DNA of 64,000 nucleotides. Source: the human T2T-CHM13v2.0 reference genome, Homo sapiens. The notes below the pieces were generated by a model. That model searched no databases, had not been told where the DNA came from, and saw only the letters and a program-made list of their open reading frames with translations. This document shows, one piece after another, positions 34,931-49,093 of the stretch; positions within the stretch are counted from its first letter, which is position 1, and each line of letters starts with the position of its first letter. The position numbers were made by a program, and so were the translations under genes. Location of the stretch: assembly GCF_009914755.1 (NCBI RefSeq), contig NC_060930.1. One strand, given 5' to 3'.

Positions 34931-37900
34931 TACACCAGGCTTTCAAAAAAGACAACAAAAACAAAACAAAAAATAAAGCAATACAACAAAATGAGGGGAG
35001 GAAAGGAAAGGAGGAAGGAAGGAAGGGAGGACAGGAGGGAGGGCAGAGGAAAGAATTTGGTGGGGAGGCCATTTATATATATGATTGATCATCTTATCTT
35101 TAAATTTAGGGAAGTAACTTATAAATCCCGTTGACTTTTATGCTTCTCTACATGAGATATGAAGCTCAGAGTATAAGCTTTCCAAATACACTGAACCCAC
35201 AACTCAAAAGAGTAGGGGAAGGAGTTAGTCACAGACAACTGGAGACTCAAAGGATGGAGCTCAAAGGATGTACTGAGGAGGCCAGTGCTTTTAAAAACAG
35301 GTTCTTCATGCTCAGGTTAGGGGCTGCTGGTCAACACTTGAGATTTTCATTCATTTGCCAGGGGGAAATAGTAATTTGTACATTTCTTAACAGCTCCCAG
35401 ATGACTATTAAGTATAAGCAAACCTGAGAATTATTATCAAACATCCTACCCATCCACAACACAGTGATTAAGTTTTCTGATTCATCTATGTTTAATAATT
35501 TAATACAATCTACTCTGGAAAGAACAAAGTACATTTTACTCAGAAAAATTTCTGTTAAAAACGTATAAGTTTAGAAGAAAGAGGTCCCTATAAGAAAAAT
35601 ATTTTGTTTGAACTTCTTGTATAATACGTAAAGACTTGAAGGAACAAGCAAAACATTTAGCGGAAGAAATCATGAAAGCTGTGTAACAAAACATGATATT
35701 GTACCGATGGCTTAATAATTGAGATCCCTTTATATACTGATTCCCTGGTACATTTAAAATTTACCAAAATTATATGCTTATTTTCATATAACTCTGAAAT
35801 TTACCAAGAACGTGAGACCTTATTGAGAATGCAAAATGAAGCAACCTATGTTTACTTAACCACTTTGATATTTGCACCACTGGATCAAATTTAAACACGT
35901 CCTCTCTAAACCTCTTGCTGTCAGGGTTGACGTGATGTGCCAGGATTTATATGATGTTTATGTGAAGGGTTCCCAGATAAAACAACAAAAGTCAGCTATC
36001 AATGTGAGAAATTAATTGAAGGGACAGTTTATATAAGCATTTCTTGAGCTAAGAATTTACCGATTACCTAAAGTATATCACAAAAACCACTATACATTTT
36101 CTGTGTGCTAACTCATGTAATCATCAAAATAAATAGTCTGAAAAGGAAACTGAAACTCAGAGGCATAATTTAACTTGATTCGTGTCACAAAATGTGCAAA
36201 TGGTGAAGGAGGGAACTCCCATCAGTCCTACCTAACTGGATAGCAAGCTTCTTAAAGCCAGGATCATAGTTCTAAACCTCTGTGTATCCACCATAACTCC
36301 TAGTACAATGCTTTGCATCAATCATGAACTCAAGAAATTATTACTGATGACCAATAACCAATACATATGTACTTTCAAACTAAATAACAAGAAGAAAATC
36401 TATAAATAGCAACCTGTAAATATCAAATATTTCTGTGTGTTGTTGTAGGTCTGTGAAACCACAACACACTGATATATTGAAAGACATGGACTAAATCCAG
36501 TTCTAAAGCAATTTGGAATTTCCAGAATATAACTTAAATTCATTAGATTTTCAGATTTCTGAATTCATTCAAGTTGAAAAGTTATTCTGGGACAGTTCAA
36601 TGTCTTTAAGTTTTTAATCTTCTCCATTCTAATTTCCTGCTATAAAATCAATAAAGTGTAGGTTGTAAAGAAAATTATTTTGTTTGATTACTTTACTCCT
36701 AGTTAGAGGCAGATGTTAGTTATAACTTTTTCTGTAGTTTAGCAGGTATTTTTGAAGCAGCTGGTGCCCTTTTCCTAGTTATCTGTTTGCAAGTGTTCCC
36801 AGTAGACTATACGGTACTGCAATCCTGAAAAGGTTTTGGGCATACAGACAAAATGAATTCTTATTTAGAAGAGAAAACATAGACAGTATTTCCCCTCAAA
36901 TAAGACTTGGGTGTTTCATAGTTTTGAATGATAAAGCATTTTCATAACAAGTAAACATTATTTTTTAATAATTTAAATAATTGCTGAGAGTCAAAAATTG
37001 ATAAAAATTTCTTATTTATAATTTTATAAGGAAGATTATCCAATATATCATTTTTAAACATATTAAGCATCTATTGATAGCCCAAACAGAAAATAATAAT
37101 TATTAAAAGCATGTACCACACTGAATGTATCAAAAATCCCCAATTACTTTCAAGAATAAACTGAGAATTTTAAAAGTTTTTCCTTACAGTTTCCATAGTT
37201 GCACTCTAAATAATACTCCAACACATAAAATCATGGCCTTCTTGACAGTGACCAAGTTTTTATAACAAAACTTAATTTGGAAGATTCTGTATAAAAGATG
37301 TCACAGATAAGACATAATCTCCAACATTTTATGCCAGGTCCACACAAAAGTTGCAACATGAAGTCAAGAACTATTCTTTTCTCTGTATACCCAAAACAGC
37401 TCTATTAAGGAAACAATTGTTTAGTTCATTATCACTGTTTCCGATGAAGATCAATGCCCACAGACTAAGCAGTCAAGAAGCAACTCAAGTCTCATGTTCT
37501 CCAAGAAGTCTTCATTAACAGCCATACTCTGCAATGATCCCAGTAACCTTGTTCTGACACATCCTATCACAGACAGCGTTAGCTGTCCACACACAATCAC
37601 TGTTTCATTTTGTTTTTTCTAATGAAAATGCACTTTTTTATTCAGAAAATCTGGCCTCTTTGACAAAATCATGTGTTTCACTAAGCCAAACATGGCAAAC
37701 TTGTTTCCCTTGAATCCTGGAAAATATTTCCTCACTCTTAAAATAGACACAGGAAAATTTAGTCCTCATTTCTTACTGGACTTTTTTTGCACAGTGACCC
37801 TGGAATAACAGCCATGATGAGAGTTAATTTGAGGAAAAGCCAAAAAAATGAGGATAGCAGAATAGAAAGACATTAACAAGTTGGGTTCTGAATAGCATCA

Positions 37901-38304
37901 TTGAGCAAACAAATGGACGAACCTGGACTATTTGGCTTCCTATAAATTATTATTTATAACATAATAGTATATGTTTTTATGAGCTAGGTTTTCTGCAGCC
38001 AGAAGTATTCAAAGTGATAGAAAAACTAAATCTCAACAAGTAATCATCATAATACAGTACTGTACTTATCAGTTTTCCTAGTATTGTACTGTGGCTTAAT
38101 CAGTTTAATATACCTAGAAACCAGTAATACTTCCTGTTGATACACTAAATCATACAAACAGTGCTAATTGGGTATATTTCGTGAAGCAAATATTTTGCTA
38201 TACAATACATCTGAATAATTTATTGACAAGAGGTGGTAAAATTATGTCTATCTTTAAATGTATGAATTTTTTTTGGTTAAAATATCTGTTCCCTAGCTTT
38301 GATA

Positions 38305-38434
38305 TTCCTGGCACTCTCCACATATGGCCTACATGCTAATAAGACTGAAGTGCTTGATATCCAAAGGTAACAGCAATTTCATGCAACATCCTTTGTGTGG
38401 CATACACCACCACCTGCTTTGTCTATCTGGCAAA
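38305..38434 (+). repeat. Dispersed direct repeat, copy A (130 bp); copy B at 40197-40326
   Basis: Identical to 40197-40326 except A38359/G40251. Confidence 0.97.
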
Positions 38435-39789
38435 GCTCTAGAACTAGTAAAATCATCATGGTCAATTAATTATTGCTAGTGCTATAAATTATTTTTGAAA
38501 AACTCCTTATATAGTCCAACTATTTATATATCTGGAAAGAAGAGAAAATTTACATTTCCATTAAAGTACCCTATAATACTTTATTTAAGGTTCTATCTAA
38601 GAATTTAATAGTTTCCTCCAATGTTGTTTTATTCAGCATGTCCTAAACAAGTTCATCCAATTTAGAATGAAAAAATGAGAAAAACTGTTTTTAAAATTGC
38701 ACTAACAACTGACCTCAGGATACAGGCTAAAACAGAAACTTTAACTTGAGTTGCATGAGAAAATTAATAATTTGGCTTGGAGCAGGGTGGCAGTCCACAA
38801 ACCAGATAAGAAAATAAAATATGAAAGGGTTTTCTTCTCTCCATTTCTTAATTGTCACTTTGGAAATTACCTTTATGAAATAAATTATTTTTATGTTCAT
38901 TTATGCTATTCAGCTACTTTTTCATTCCAAACCCATGTGGAGTAGTAGTGGATGCTATCCTACAAGATCTGAAAAGCCTGGCAACATAGTCACCATAGCA
39001 AAACATCTTAAACTAGTTTCTAATTAACTGATAGAACTAAACAAAGCAGTCATTATAATTACTGACATTTGTGGTTATCTTAAGACCGAAAATTTGGAAA
39101 AAGTCAAATAGAGAAGTTATAAAGAAGTGTGACTTTTACTTTGGCTTTACTTTGTTCAACATATTTTGATTCAATCAAATCATGAAGGCAAGAAAGTTAA
39201 AGAAGCATCCAGAAAAATACTTCAGAGTATGGATCCTTTTCATGAGATCACTTTGAAGACAATGAAATGTCACTAAAACCTGGTCATGCCCCAAATTAAA
39301 AAGCCTTTTTCTAAAGCATCCCACAAGGCTGTTTATTATACTGTCACACATGCCACCAATTTCATCAGAACCATGGCCTTGAAATCACAGCCTTTTTAAG
39401 AGGTCGTATCAAGAAATATTAACAAATTATGAAGTTTGAAACTGAAAATTTAATTTACCATTTTTTTAAATTTACAGACATCATAGCAAAGATGATTTCA
39501 TAAATTTCATGAGGAAGGAAACACAAATGTGGCACAAATTAAATGGAGCAAAAATTAAATTTCTAATTTAATTTGGCAAGTACTAAATTTCCTTAATACA
39601 AGCCTAGCCTCACCTGGCAATTTGAATCATGTGTTGCAGAAAGGTTAAGTAACTTGCCTAAAGTCTGGCAGATAGAATGTGGGATAGTGAAGACTGAAAC
39701 TCAGCCTACATTCAGGGGTCTTGCTCCTAACTAACACTTGCTCCTAACTAACACTGTATGCTGAACATGCACAAAAGTTTTTCCTATTT

Positions 39790-40500
39790 CCTATTCCTCA
39801 CCTTAGTAAATGGCACTATCACTCACCAACACTGCTCAAAACAAAAAGCCTATATCTCATTCTAAATTCTTCTCTCTGCCTCATCCCCTCCTATTTAATC
39901 AGTCATCAGGTCTTACATACACTAGCAGCTAAATTTCTCTCAGTTGTCCCCTGTATATATAGGCTGCCCCTTTCTTAATTTAGGCTTGCAGCTTTTCTTC
40001 CTTGAATTATTGCAGCAGCTCTACTCTAGACCTTCAACTTTGTGTTGCAGCCAGAGTAATTCCTTTAAGTGAAAACACCTGATCATTTACTTTCCTATTT
40101 TTAAGAAGTAATATTTCCCACAATATTGAGTGTAAACCTCTTAGCATGGTTTTCAAAGCCCTTCATGTGCAGGCAATTGTCTTTTTCCAGTCTCATTTCC
40201 TGGCACTCTCCACATATGGCCTACATGCTAATAAGACTGAAGTGCTTGATGTCCAAAGGTAACAGCAATTTCATGCAACATCCTTTGTGTGGCATACACC
40301 ACCACCTGCTTTGTCTATCTGGCAAAAGTGTATGCTTTCATATCCTTCATGAAAGCTTCTTCCTTGATCTCTTTAGTCTGCCTTTTCTGCTGCCATAGAA
40401 CTTTGTACAACATAACCCAACTGTACCACTTATTTCCATGGAAATGGAACAGATACACTACATTGAGTAACTTAAGATCAGAGATAATATCCTATTCTTT
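39790..40500 (+). mobile_element. L2 fragment
   Basis: cttagtaaatggcactatcactcacc...tgcagccagagtaattccttt...ctgatcatttactttcct...cttagcatggttttcaaagccctt. Confidence 0.6.
40197..40326 (+). repeat. Dispersed direct repeat, copy B (130 bp), inside L2-like sequence
   Basis: See copy A; offset 1892 bp. Confidence 0.97.
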
Positions 40501-41954
40501 CTTTTCCCAGAACTTAGCCGAATAAGCACAGGATTCAAGAAGCTAGGCTCATAGAAAACTTAAATCTTAAATTCTTTACAATCAGATTTTATAGGACTCA
40601 ATTATTGTAAATTTTAAAATGAAATATTATATGCATCTTTTATATTACTTTTCTAAATCAAGTGTTATGTTTGGGCCAGTAGTCCATTTTTGCTGAATAA
40701 CACCCTACTGACTCTTAAAAAATCTAAGTCCTAACTGTGGAAATAGACAGAAGTCAACATATTTAACACCAACAAAGAAGTAAACCTGAGTTTCTCACCA
40801 AAAATATCAAAGACATGGTTCTGTCTTAGCATCTTTCTCATCCTACTTTTAAGGGTAATAATAGCACTCTCCTTTCCTTTGGGAAACTCCCCTTTGACTC
40901 CTGGTGGCTCATGGGGAGCTGATAATGAGGATATACAAGTGAGTAGCCATGTGTCAGTAAGAACGCCATTCACATCACATCACAGGGAAAGGAATTGGTT
41001 CAGAAATGAACTGGTGACCTAAGTCAGGAAAATCAGAGTTCATCCTAGGAGGTTTTTTTGTTTTCCTGGCAGAACTGGTTGGAAAAAAAAAACCCATTGC
41101 TTCTGGGATTATAGTATGGGGAAACGGTCATGTTTGCTGCTTCTGCTGTCACACATTTTTCCCTGGTTATATGGAGAAAGCCTATCTGGGAATCAGGGGA
41201 TGAAAAATAATAAGAGAAACACAAAAGGGGGTGGGTAAGAGAAAGCAGGAAAAGAGGGGAGGAAAAAGAAAAAAAGGAAATGGAGATAAAGATAAAGAGA
41301 CAAAGAGGAGAAAAAAATCTGATGATAACATTTGAGCCTATATGCCAAGCTGGGCACATAGGCAGCTTTACTTCTGGACAATCCAGGTAGAAAAGCCATA
41401 AATTGTCACCCTTGCTTGCTTTGACTTAGATTTCTAAGAGTTCCAACTGAGTGACTCCTGACTAATCAAGAGATGCATCTACATTTTTTACATTGCTCCC
41501 TTTCCAAGAAAGTACAAAATCCATTTAATGACATTAATGGTATTTTTGCATGTACTAGAATTTTTAAATTCTCCTTAAGTTTTTAATCAAATTACAGAAG
41601 TTATTAAACTTATCCAACGTGACAGTCAGTAAAAGGACATAAAAGCATCTTAGGACAGTTAGGAATAGCATGCAATTATGATCTCAGTGAAAAACGACAG
41701 ACCTTCATCTTCAATAGCACTTTCTCTGACACATAAAAGATCCTACCTGGTACAAAAAAGATCCAAGACAAAAGAAACATCTACTAAACTATCTGACATT
41801 CTGTTAATGTCTATTTTTTCTCCCAATGTCTGTATTATTACTCAAGCTTATGATGTCTGGCAGGATCAATATCTACAGTGATATGATAGCAAATGGTTTA
41901 TTTATTTATAATGACAAATTTCACTTAAATGTATTATTCCCCAGTTATTATTAG

Positions 41955-42785
41955 CCATTAGAAAAGTACAAATTAAAACCACAATGAGAAATCACTACAA
42001 TCAGATGGCTAAAATAAAAATACAAATAATACATAAAAATATAAGTGGCTAAAATAAAAATAAAAAACAGTGACAACACCAAATGCTGGTTAGTATGTGG
42101 AGAAACTAGACTATATCGAATTGCTCATGGCTGTGTTAAATGGTACAGTCACTCTAGAAAACGGTTTGGTAGTGTCTTAAACACCTAAGCATGCAGTTGC
42201 AATATGACCCAGCAAATGCATTCCTGGACATTTATTAAACAGAATGAAAACTTATATTCACACAAAAACCTGCATACCAGGTTTATAACAGCTTTATCTG
42301 TGTTATGGAAAGAACTATGCCCTTCAACATTTGTATGCTGAAGCCCTTACCCCTCAATGTGACTGTTTTAAAGACAGGACTTTTAGGGAGGTAATTACGG
42401 TTAAATGAAGTCATGAGGGTGGAGTCCTAACCTGATAGGGCTGGTGAACCTGAAAAAAGAGGAAGAAACACCAGAGGTCTCTCTTCATACACACATAGAG
42501 AAGAGGCTATGTGCAAACACAGGAAGAAGGCAGAAGTAACTACCTGCAAGCCAGGAAGAAATCCTCACCAGAAACAAAATCTGCTAGCACCACCTGATCT
42601 GTGACTTTCAGCCTCCAGAGCTGTGAGAAAAGCAGTTTCTGCTCTTTAAGCCACCTGGTCTGTGGTCTTTTGTTATGGCAGACGAATATAGTTTCACCAA
42701 AAACTATCAATAAAATAAATGTCCTTCAGTAGGTGAATAGTTTAAAACAAAAACAAAAACAAAACTGTGGTCATCTACATCACGT
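41955..42785 (+). mobile_element. L1M 3' fragment with an inserted MLT1A-like LTR (~42301-42690)
   Basis: aaattaaaaccacaatgaga...gacccagcaaatgcattcctgg; LTR tgttatgg...cagcctccagagctgtgaga...ttgttatggcag. Confidence 0.7.
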
Positions 42786-43052
42786 GTGGTAGGCAGAATA
42801 ATGATGCCCCCCAAAAATCTCCACATCCTAATCCTCAGGTCTGTGAATATATTAGATTACATAAGATATGCACATTAAGGTGGCAGAGGGAATTAACCTA
42901 CTCAGAAAAACTCTTTTACTCCAAGAATCCAAATAAAAATGGAACAAAGTACTTATTTAGAAATAAGTATGATAGAAAAGTTTAAAAGCCTGTTTCATTC
43001 ATTATTAATTTAAATAAATGTCAATGATGCTTTTTTAAAAATGTAAAGATTT

Positions 43053-43378
43053 AGACCGGGTGCGGTGGCTCATGACTGTAATCTCAGCACTTTGGGAGGC
43101 CGAGGCGGGTGGATCACTTGATGTCAGGAGTTCAAGACCAGCCTGGCCAACATGGCAAAACCCTGTCTCTACCAAAAATACAAAAATTAGCTGGGCACAG
43201 TGGTGCATGCCTGTAATCCCAGCTACTTGGGAGGCTGAGGCAGGAGAATTGCTTGAACCCTTGAACCCAGGAGGCAGAGGTTGCGGTGAGCCGAGAGTTC
43301 ACACCATTGCATTCCAGCCTGGGCAACAAGAGTGAAACTCGTTCTCAAAAAAAAAAAAAAATGAAAAAAAAAAAAAAA
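43053..43378 (+). mobile_element. AluS (Sq/Sp-like)
   Basis: Full dimer, caacaagagtgaaactc, long A tail; small internal duplication cttgaacccttgaaccc. Confidence 0.9.
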
Positions 43379-44598
43379 CTTAAAATTAAATATTTAATAC
43401 ATAAAATAAAACTTAATAAATCTTAATGATGATATTGCTTATAATGATTGATAAGGTTTATAACAATTGTATTATAATTGTTTAGTTTTATTGGCTGTCA
43501 GTCCTGGCTGTATTGTAGAATCACCCATAGAGCTTCAAAAAATCATTCCCAAAATATTGATACGTGGACCTCTTCGAAGAGATTAGGACTTAAATAGTAG
43601 TGAGGCACTTGGATTATAAAAATGTTCTATGAGTACTTCTGATATACAAGATATAACTAGAATTTTATTCTACTCTAAGAACTTATTGTAAAAGACAACT
43701 TAAAACTATAAGTTATTTCAGAATAAAGGCATAAAATGGAATAGTATGTAGTGATAAACTGATGCTGCAGAAATATGTTTACTGACACAGAAAGACACAT
43801 GTAACTATATATACACACACAAAACAGTGTGTATGATGTAATTCCATTTTGTAAAAGAAAATACATATGGACACATACATATAGAATGAAGTTCATTTTG
43901 GTTGGCTGTGAGTATTCTTTATGATGCTTTATGCTGCTGTTTTTGCTTGCCTGTATTATTTGTTATTTCTGAATGATTCTATAGAACATACATGAAAAAC
44001 CACAGCAACTTAATTTTGACATGGAAAAGATTAACTTTCAATAATATGAATACTTTAACCTAAACTAAGGAATATTATATTTTGAAATAGAGCAAATGTG
44101 CCAAAATTTTAACAAATGGTGAATCCAAGCAAAGGATATAAAGATAGTAATATTCATGCCAATTTTCCACAGGCAAACATTATTCAAAATTTAAAAATTT
44201 AGAAAAAATAAATTCTTAAAACTACTTTAGAATTTGCCACCCCCTCAATGTATTCTATTTTATTATAGGTTGATCATTTGATATAATCAAATACAATAAA
44301 TAAATCCTTTAACATTTTATTTAAATCAGTTTGCATAAGTTAAACCAAAATCTTAGCTGAAAAAAAACATGAAACATAGAAATATATGCACAAAAATACA
44401 CACATTTGTTTAATGTATGAAGAAATATAGTGTATATATTTTTTAAACTCTCCTACTGTAATTCTCTAGTAACCAACTATATATGTCTGTACTGTATTTG
44501 CCAACTAATAATGTTTTAAAACAATTTTTCCAGTATAAATTCATTCATACCGCATACCAAGCCTCAAAACTATCAACTCTATAAAAGGCTCATCTCAC

Positions 44599-44724
44599 CT
44601 CATCTAAGTCTTGGATATAAACTGGCTTTTCCTCAAAGCTGAGTGGCATTGGTTCGCTGTAGGGAATCCTTACTTCTTCATAAAGCTTGTTATTCTCTCT
44701 TTGGATTCCTTCTGGCAAAATCAT
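44599..44724 (-). CDS. ASCC3: ASCC3 coding exon (likely exon 8), 126 nt: MILPEGIQRENNKLYEEVRIPYSEPMPLSFEEKPVYIQDLDE
   Basis: Acceptor gatgtttatag|ATG, donor GATGAG|gtgaga; phase 0 to 0. Confidence 0.95.
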
Positions 44725-45314
44725 CTATAAACATCAACAATAAAAATCCAATAATAATAAAAAATAAAACACTTGCTCTGGTAAATATTCTTTAGAGAGA
44801 GACAGAAAACACTACTGGTTTTATAACAAAGCACTGGTAAATAAACTTAGCTAATTTAAAAGAAAACAAACCTAAATAAAACAAACAAATGCAAAAAACC
44901 ACTCACACAAAGCATTAACATATCAGGTATTTTATATAACACACAGGCCACAGTATGTTGACAAATCTTAAAGTATACACTAATTAGATGGTATACCTGA
45001 ATACAAATGTATTCATATAATTAGGAAAATGTACAGCATACAGTATAAAGTTTAGCCTAGCAGCAATGCAACTGATAAAACTCAAAAATACAAATTGCAA
45101 AAACAATGAAAAGGAGGGAAACATATATGTTCTGAATATCTACTATATGTCAGGAGCTTTACATACACCACATTATGTCATTTTCCCCAATACTTTAAAA
45201 TAAAATTTAGCATAGTCAACTAGTGTTAGACTCACGAAGGAACAGGGAAAATCCACACATCATTTCTTTAGAATAGACATATTATTGAACAGTAGTTATA
45301 TAACAATGACATAC

Positions 45315-45456
45315 CTTTGCACCAGCAATAAATGCTGATGTTTTCATGGCTTCAGCCTGGGAATCATACACATGGGGATAATGTATTTTTTCAACGTCTG
45401 CATCTCTCTGCCTGCTCAGAATTGGAACACTTCTAGCATTCAGAAGTGCCTGTTCT
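45315..45456 (-). CDS. ASCC3: ASCC3 coding exon (likely exon 7), 142 nt: (R)EQALLNARSVPILSRQRDADVEKIHYPHVYDSQAEAMKTSAFIAGAK
   Basis: Acceptor tttatgtttacag|A, donor GCAAAG|gtatgt; open frame, phase 2 to 0. Confidence 0.95.
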
Positions 45457-46183
45457 CTGTAAACATAAAAATAGGCCTAATTTGAAATGTTTATCTTGAA
45501 AGGTAATGCACACACCAAAACAAGGCAATTATAAAAGATATTGGGAGCTAGCCTTCCACCATAAAAAAGAAATTAAACTACACAAAGGAAGATTTTAGGA
45601 ATCCTGAAATTTTCTGAGTGACAAAATAGGATTCAGTACATTTTTAGATATTATTTATAGATAACACCACTTGGTAAGTTTGATTTAATGTTCTTTCCAA
45701 TTTTGTTTTTTCACAATTCAAATGTTTACTTATTAAGGTATACATTTCTTTTTTGAAATGTGTTTCAATCTTTAAAGAATCAAGTGCAATAATGCTTATA
45801 TTTCATTTTTCTCCTTTCTACTTCTAAATAACAACAATTTTTAAAAGGTACATTGAGCACAGAAATAAAATGTATCTCAAATAAATTTATGTAAGCTATA
45901 TAAATCTTAACCTAGTGGTGTGTACACAGCACCTAAAAATAGCTTAGCTCTATAATCTAAATCTCTTATCTACCTGGATGCGACCAAGAATATTCTAATT
46001 AAGCAGACAGACCATTGCTTTCTTATCCCAGAAAATTAGGTATTCATAAAACAAACTTCTATGAAGAAAACGTGACTTGAAGTAAAAATCATCTATACTG
46101 CTAAGACTAAACTAAAAAGTGATAATGATATGTAAAAGCAGCAATTACAACACAAGTATTTTTCAGCTCCTGGCTTTTATTAC

Positions 46184-46388
46184 CTTTGTATCCGCAATTC
46201 CTTAGGATCAAAGCACATAAGTCCTTCTGAAACTTCTAAATCTTCTCCAGCCTTTTTTTCTCGTCTGGCAATTCTTTTTTCTTCACGTCGATATTGTTTC
46301 ATTAACTGCTTTTCTTGTTCAGACTGAATAGTGACTTGACAACCATAATTGGGTTTAGCATTTTCTCCTAAAATTTTTTTACAATTGT
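46184..46388 (-). CDS. ASCC3: ASCC3 coding exon (likely exon 6), 205 nt: (D)NCKKILGENAKPNYGCQVTIQSEQEKQLMKQYRREEKRIARREKKAGEDLEVSEGLMCFDPKELRIQ(R)
   Basis: Acceptor ttgcttcttag|AC, donor CAAAG|gtaata; open in the phase dictated by the flanking exons (not listed in the ORF track). Confidence 0.95.
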
Positions 46389-48204
46389 CTAAGAAGCAAA
46401 TTTAAGAAACACAATGTTTTATAAATCTGAATATGATTTAACCTTCATGAAAACCATTTCTTTCCTCCACCCCACAACATACAATGCCCTTACAATTCAT
46501 TTTTTAAAGCTGGCAAATTCAATTATATGTTTTAAGGTGAGTTTTTAAAAATCACAGTATCTAAATAAAATTACACGGTGGTTTAAGAAAAGTCAGCAGT
46601 ATTTTCTTCCTACAGACTAAACAGTTCAATGTCACTCACATTATAAATTCTTACATATAACATTAGGAACCTAAAAATTCAATTTTATCATTTGAAATAA
46701 TTTGTTTATATAATTTTAATAAATATAATAATTATCGATAATAATTAGCATTTACTGTTAATATAGTAATGAAATAAACTCTTTCCCTATTAGACATAAA
46801 TTTTTACTATGTAATAGACCTTATGCGGTTAAGTTGCACATATGTTACTACTTAGTTATTTATAGATTACATAAAATTTATTAGCAGTAGTTCAAGACAT
46901 ATTTGAGACAATAACTAAAGCAAATAAAGCAAAAGTATGGTCCACCTTTTTACGGAAACACAGTTTTTTAAAAAATGGAAAAACCAAGTGAATTAAATCT
47001 CAATGTTTACTAAGTACACTTTAGGTCTGTGGTTTGGTCAACTCAATATTGAGAAAAAAATGTTCTTCCAACAGGATTACCTTCTGTGTTTGTTTAAATC
47101 TTTACAAGCAACAGTATCTTCACTTACTGAAACTCTAAAGAAACTAGAAGGAATGTAGTTGAAAGTAATCCAAGTCAATAAACATTTACTGTATTGAGGT
47201 CCTACTCAGTTCTAGCCACTGCAGCTAGGCTAGGAGGACAATGAAGAATGAGATTTGGTCCATACTCTGACAAAGCACAGTGCAAATTATTTTATCAAAT
47301 TCCAATATCCAATGCAGAAGAGAGAAGGAATTAAAAATAGCATCAAGATGGGAAAATTAGCTTTCTAATTCATTCTAAGTCAAATCTTCACAATTCTCAG
47401 ACAGTTGTTACTGCCCCATTACATGATTCTGAATACAAGTCATTAAACTCTCAATCATAGGGAAAACTTGTATAATGGCTTTATAAGGCCTAAAAAGGAA
47501 AATACGTCTCAAAATTATGAAATAAAATAAAATCCCATCTATATTAGGACTAAATTTTACAGTTCTGAAAAAAGCATTTTCCTAAGTATTTTATCTCTTA
47601 TTTTCCAATTAAGTCTTACATACCTACTATAATAACAGAATTTATAATTAGTGTTCAGTATTAGAAAAAGAATGCAACATTCTGCCAGTTTTCACATGTA
47701 CTCTGAACTCTTCATAAAAGTTAACCTGTCTGCAAAATTACACAATCAGCAACACAGATATTAAGCAGAATGTTTAAAAATGTATTTATCAGAAATGAAT
47801 GTTAAAGATTTTAAGCGTAAAACTGTAAATATTTTAGGTGACATACTAGATGCTATGCTAAAGTCATTAACATTTTAAGCAAATGTGACAGTAATAAAAT
47901 ATTATACATACTTATGATCATCCAAATAAAATTAAAATTATAAGAAGAAAATATGTCTACCTCATAGAAAGCTTAAAAGGTCTAATTAGAACATACTGGA
48001 ATCCTGTAAGGCTGAGTATAACAGGCAATTTCAAAAAATCAAGTTGTAAAGCAGTGAATGTTTAAATGTATGGTTCTCCTTGCTGGGTTAGGTTAACTGT
48101 AGAAACTGACATGCAAAAATGAAATGAATATCCTTAACAGTAATTCTAACACAAAGTTATTCTGAAGAACTATGTAGAGGCTTGTATCCTTTTAGAACGG
48201 TCGT

Positions 48205-48440
48205 TTAAAAGTGTGTAGAGCCTCCCCCTTGCTCTCATGCTCCTGCTCCTGATGTGTAAGATGCCTGCTCCCCTTTTGCCTTCTGCCATGATTGGAAGCT
48301 TCCTAAGGATTCCCCAGAAGCAAAAGCTGCTAATGCTTCATGTACATCCTGCAGAACTGTGAGCCAATTAAACCTCTTTTCTTTATAAATTACCCAGTCT
48401 CAGGTATTTCTTTATAGCAATGTGAGAATACACTGATACA
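48205..48440 (+). mobile_element. MST (MaLR) LTR, partial
   Basis: gccatgattggaagcttcct...gcagaactgtgagccaattaaacctcttttctttataaattacccagtctcagg. Confidence 0.75.
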
Positions 48441-48601
48441 AAAAGCTTATTGATTCTAAGAAGCTATCCTAATATTATAAAATTTATGGAATCAACATAA
48501 TAAACATAAACAAAACTCATCTACAGTTTCCAAAAAATATGTAAAGCTAGATTTGTATTAAACTTTATTTTAATAGATTACCACTATTAAAAGCAGAATC
48601 A

Positions 48602-48900
48602 GGCTGGGCACTGTGGCTCACACCTGTAATCTAAACACTTTGGGGGGCTGAGGTGGGAGGACTGCTTGAGGCTAGTAGTTCAAGACTACCCTGGGCAACA
48701 TGGGGAGATCTCATCTTTATAAAAAAAAAATTTTTTTTTTAATTAACCAGGCATGGTGGCACACACCTGTGGACCCATCTACTCGGGAGGCTGAGATGAG
48801 AGGATTGCTTGAGCACAGAAAGTTGAGGCTGCAGTGATCCCTGATTGTGCCACTGCTCCCTAGCCTGAGCAAGAGTGTGAGGGCGTGTCTTAAAAACAAA
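48602..48900 (+). mobile_element. AluJ
   Basis: Dimeric Alu, J-type. Confidence 0.88.
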
Positions 48901-49093
48901 AGCTAGAATCAGTAAATATCTCTTTATTAATATTTAGGAGACTGACAAAATGAAATATCAAATTCTCAGAATTTACAACATTGCAGGACTAGATGTTTAA
49001 ACTCATTTTTTTTCCTTAGCAGACACCCATTTTAGATACTCATAAACCTTGCTGGCTTAGTGCAATTTCTGATTATATACTATTCAACAGGTG

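Noticed and set aside
34990-35065. Purine-rich (GGAA/GGAG) tract with possible H-DNA/G4
   Set aside because: Ordinary low-complexity sequence following an L1 tail
36420-37740. Stretch with coding-like texture that I could not assign to a repeat
   Set aside because: The minus-strand frames I translated by hand have frequent stops and no recognisable motif; BLASTX/Dfam would be needed
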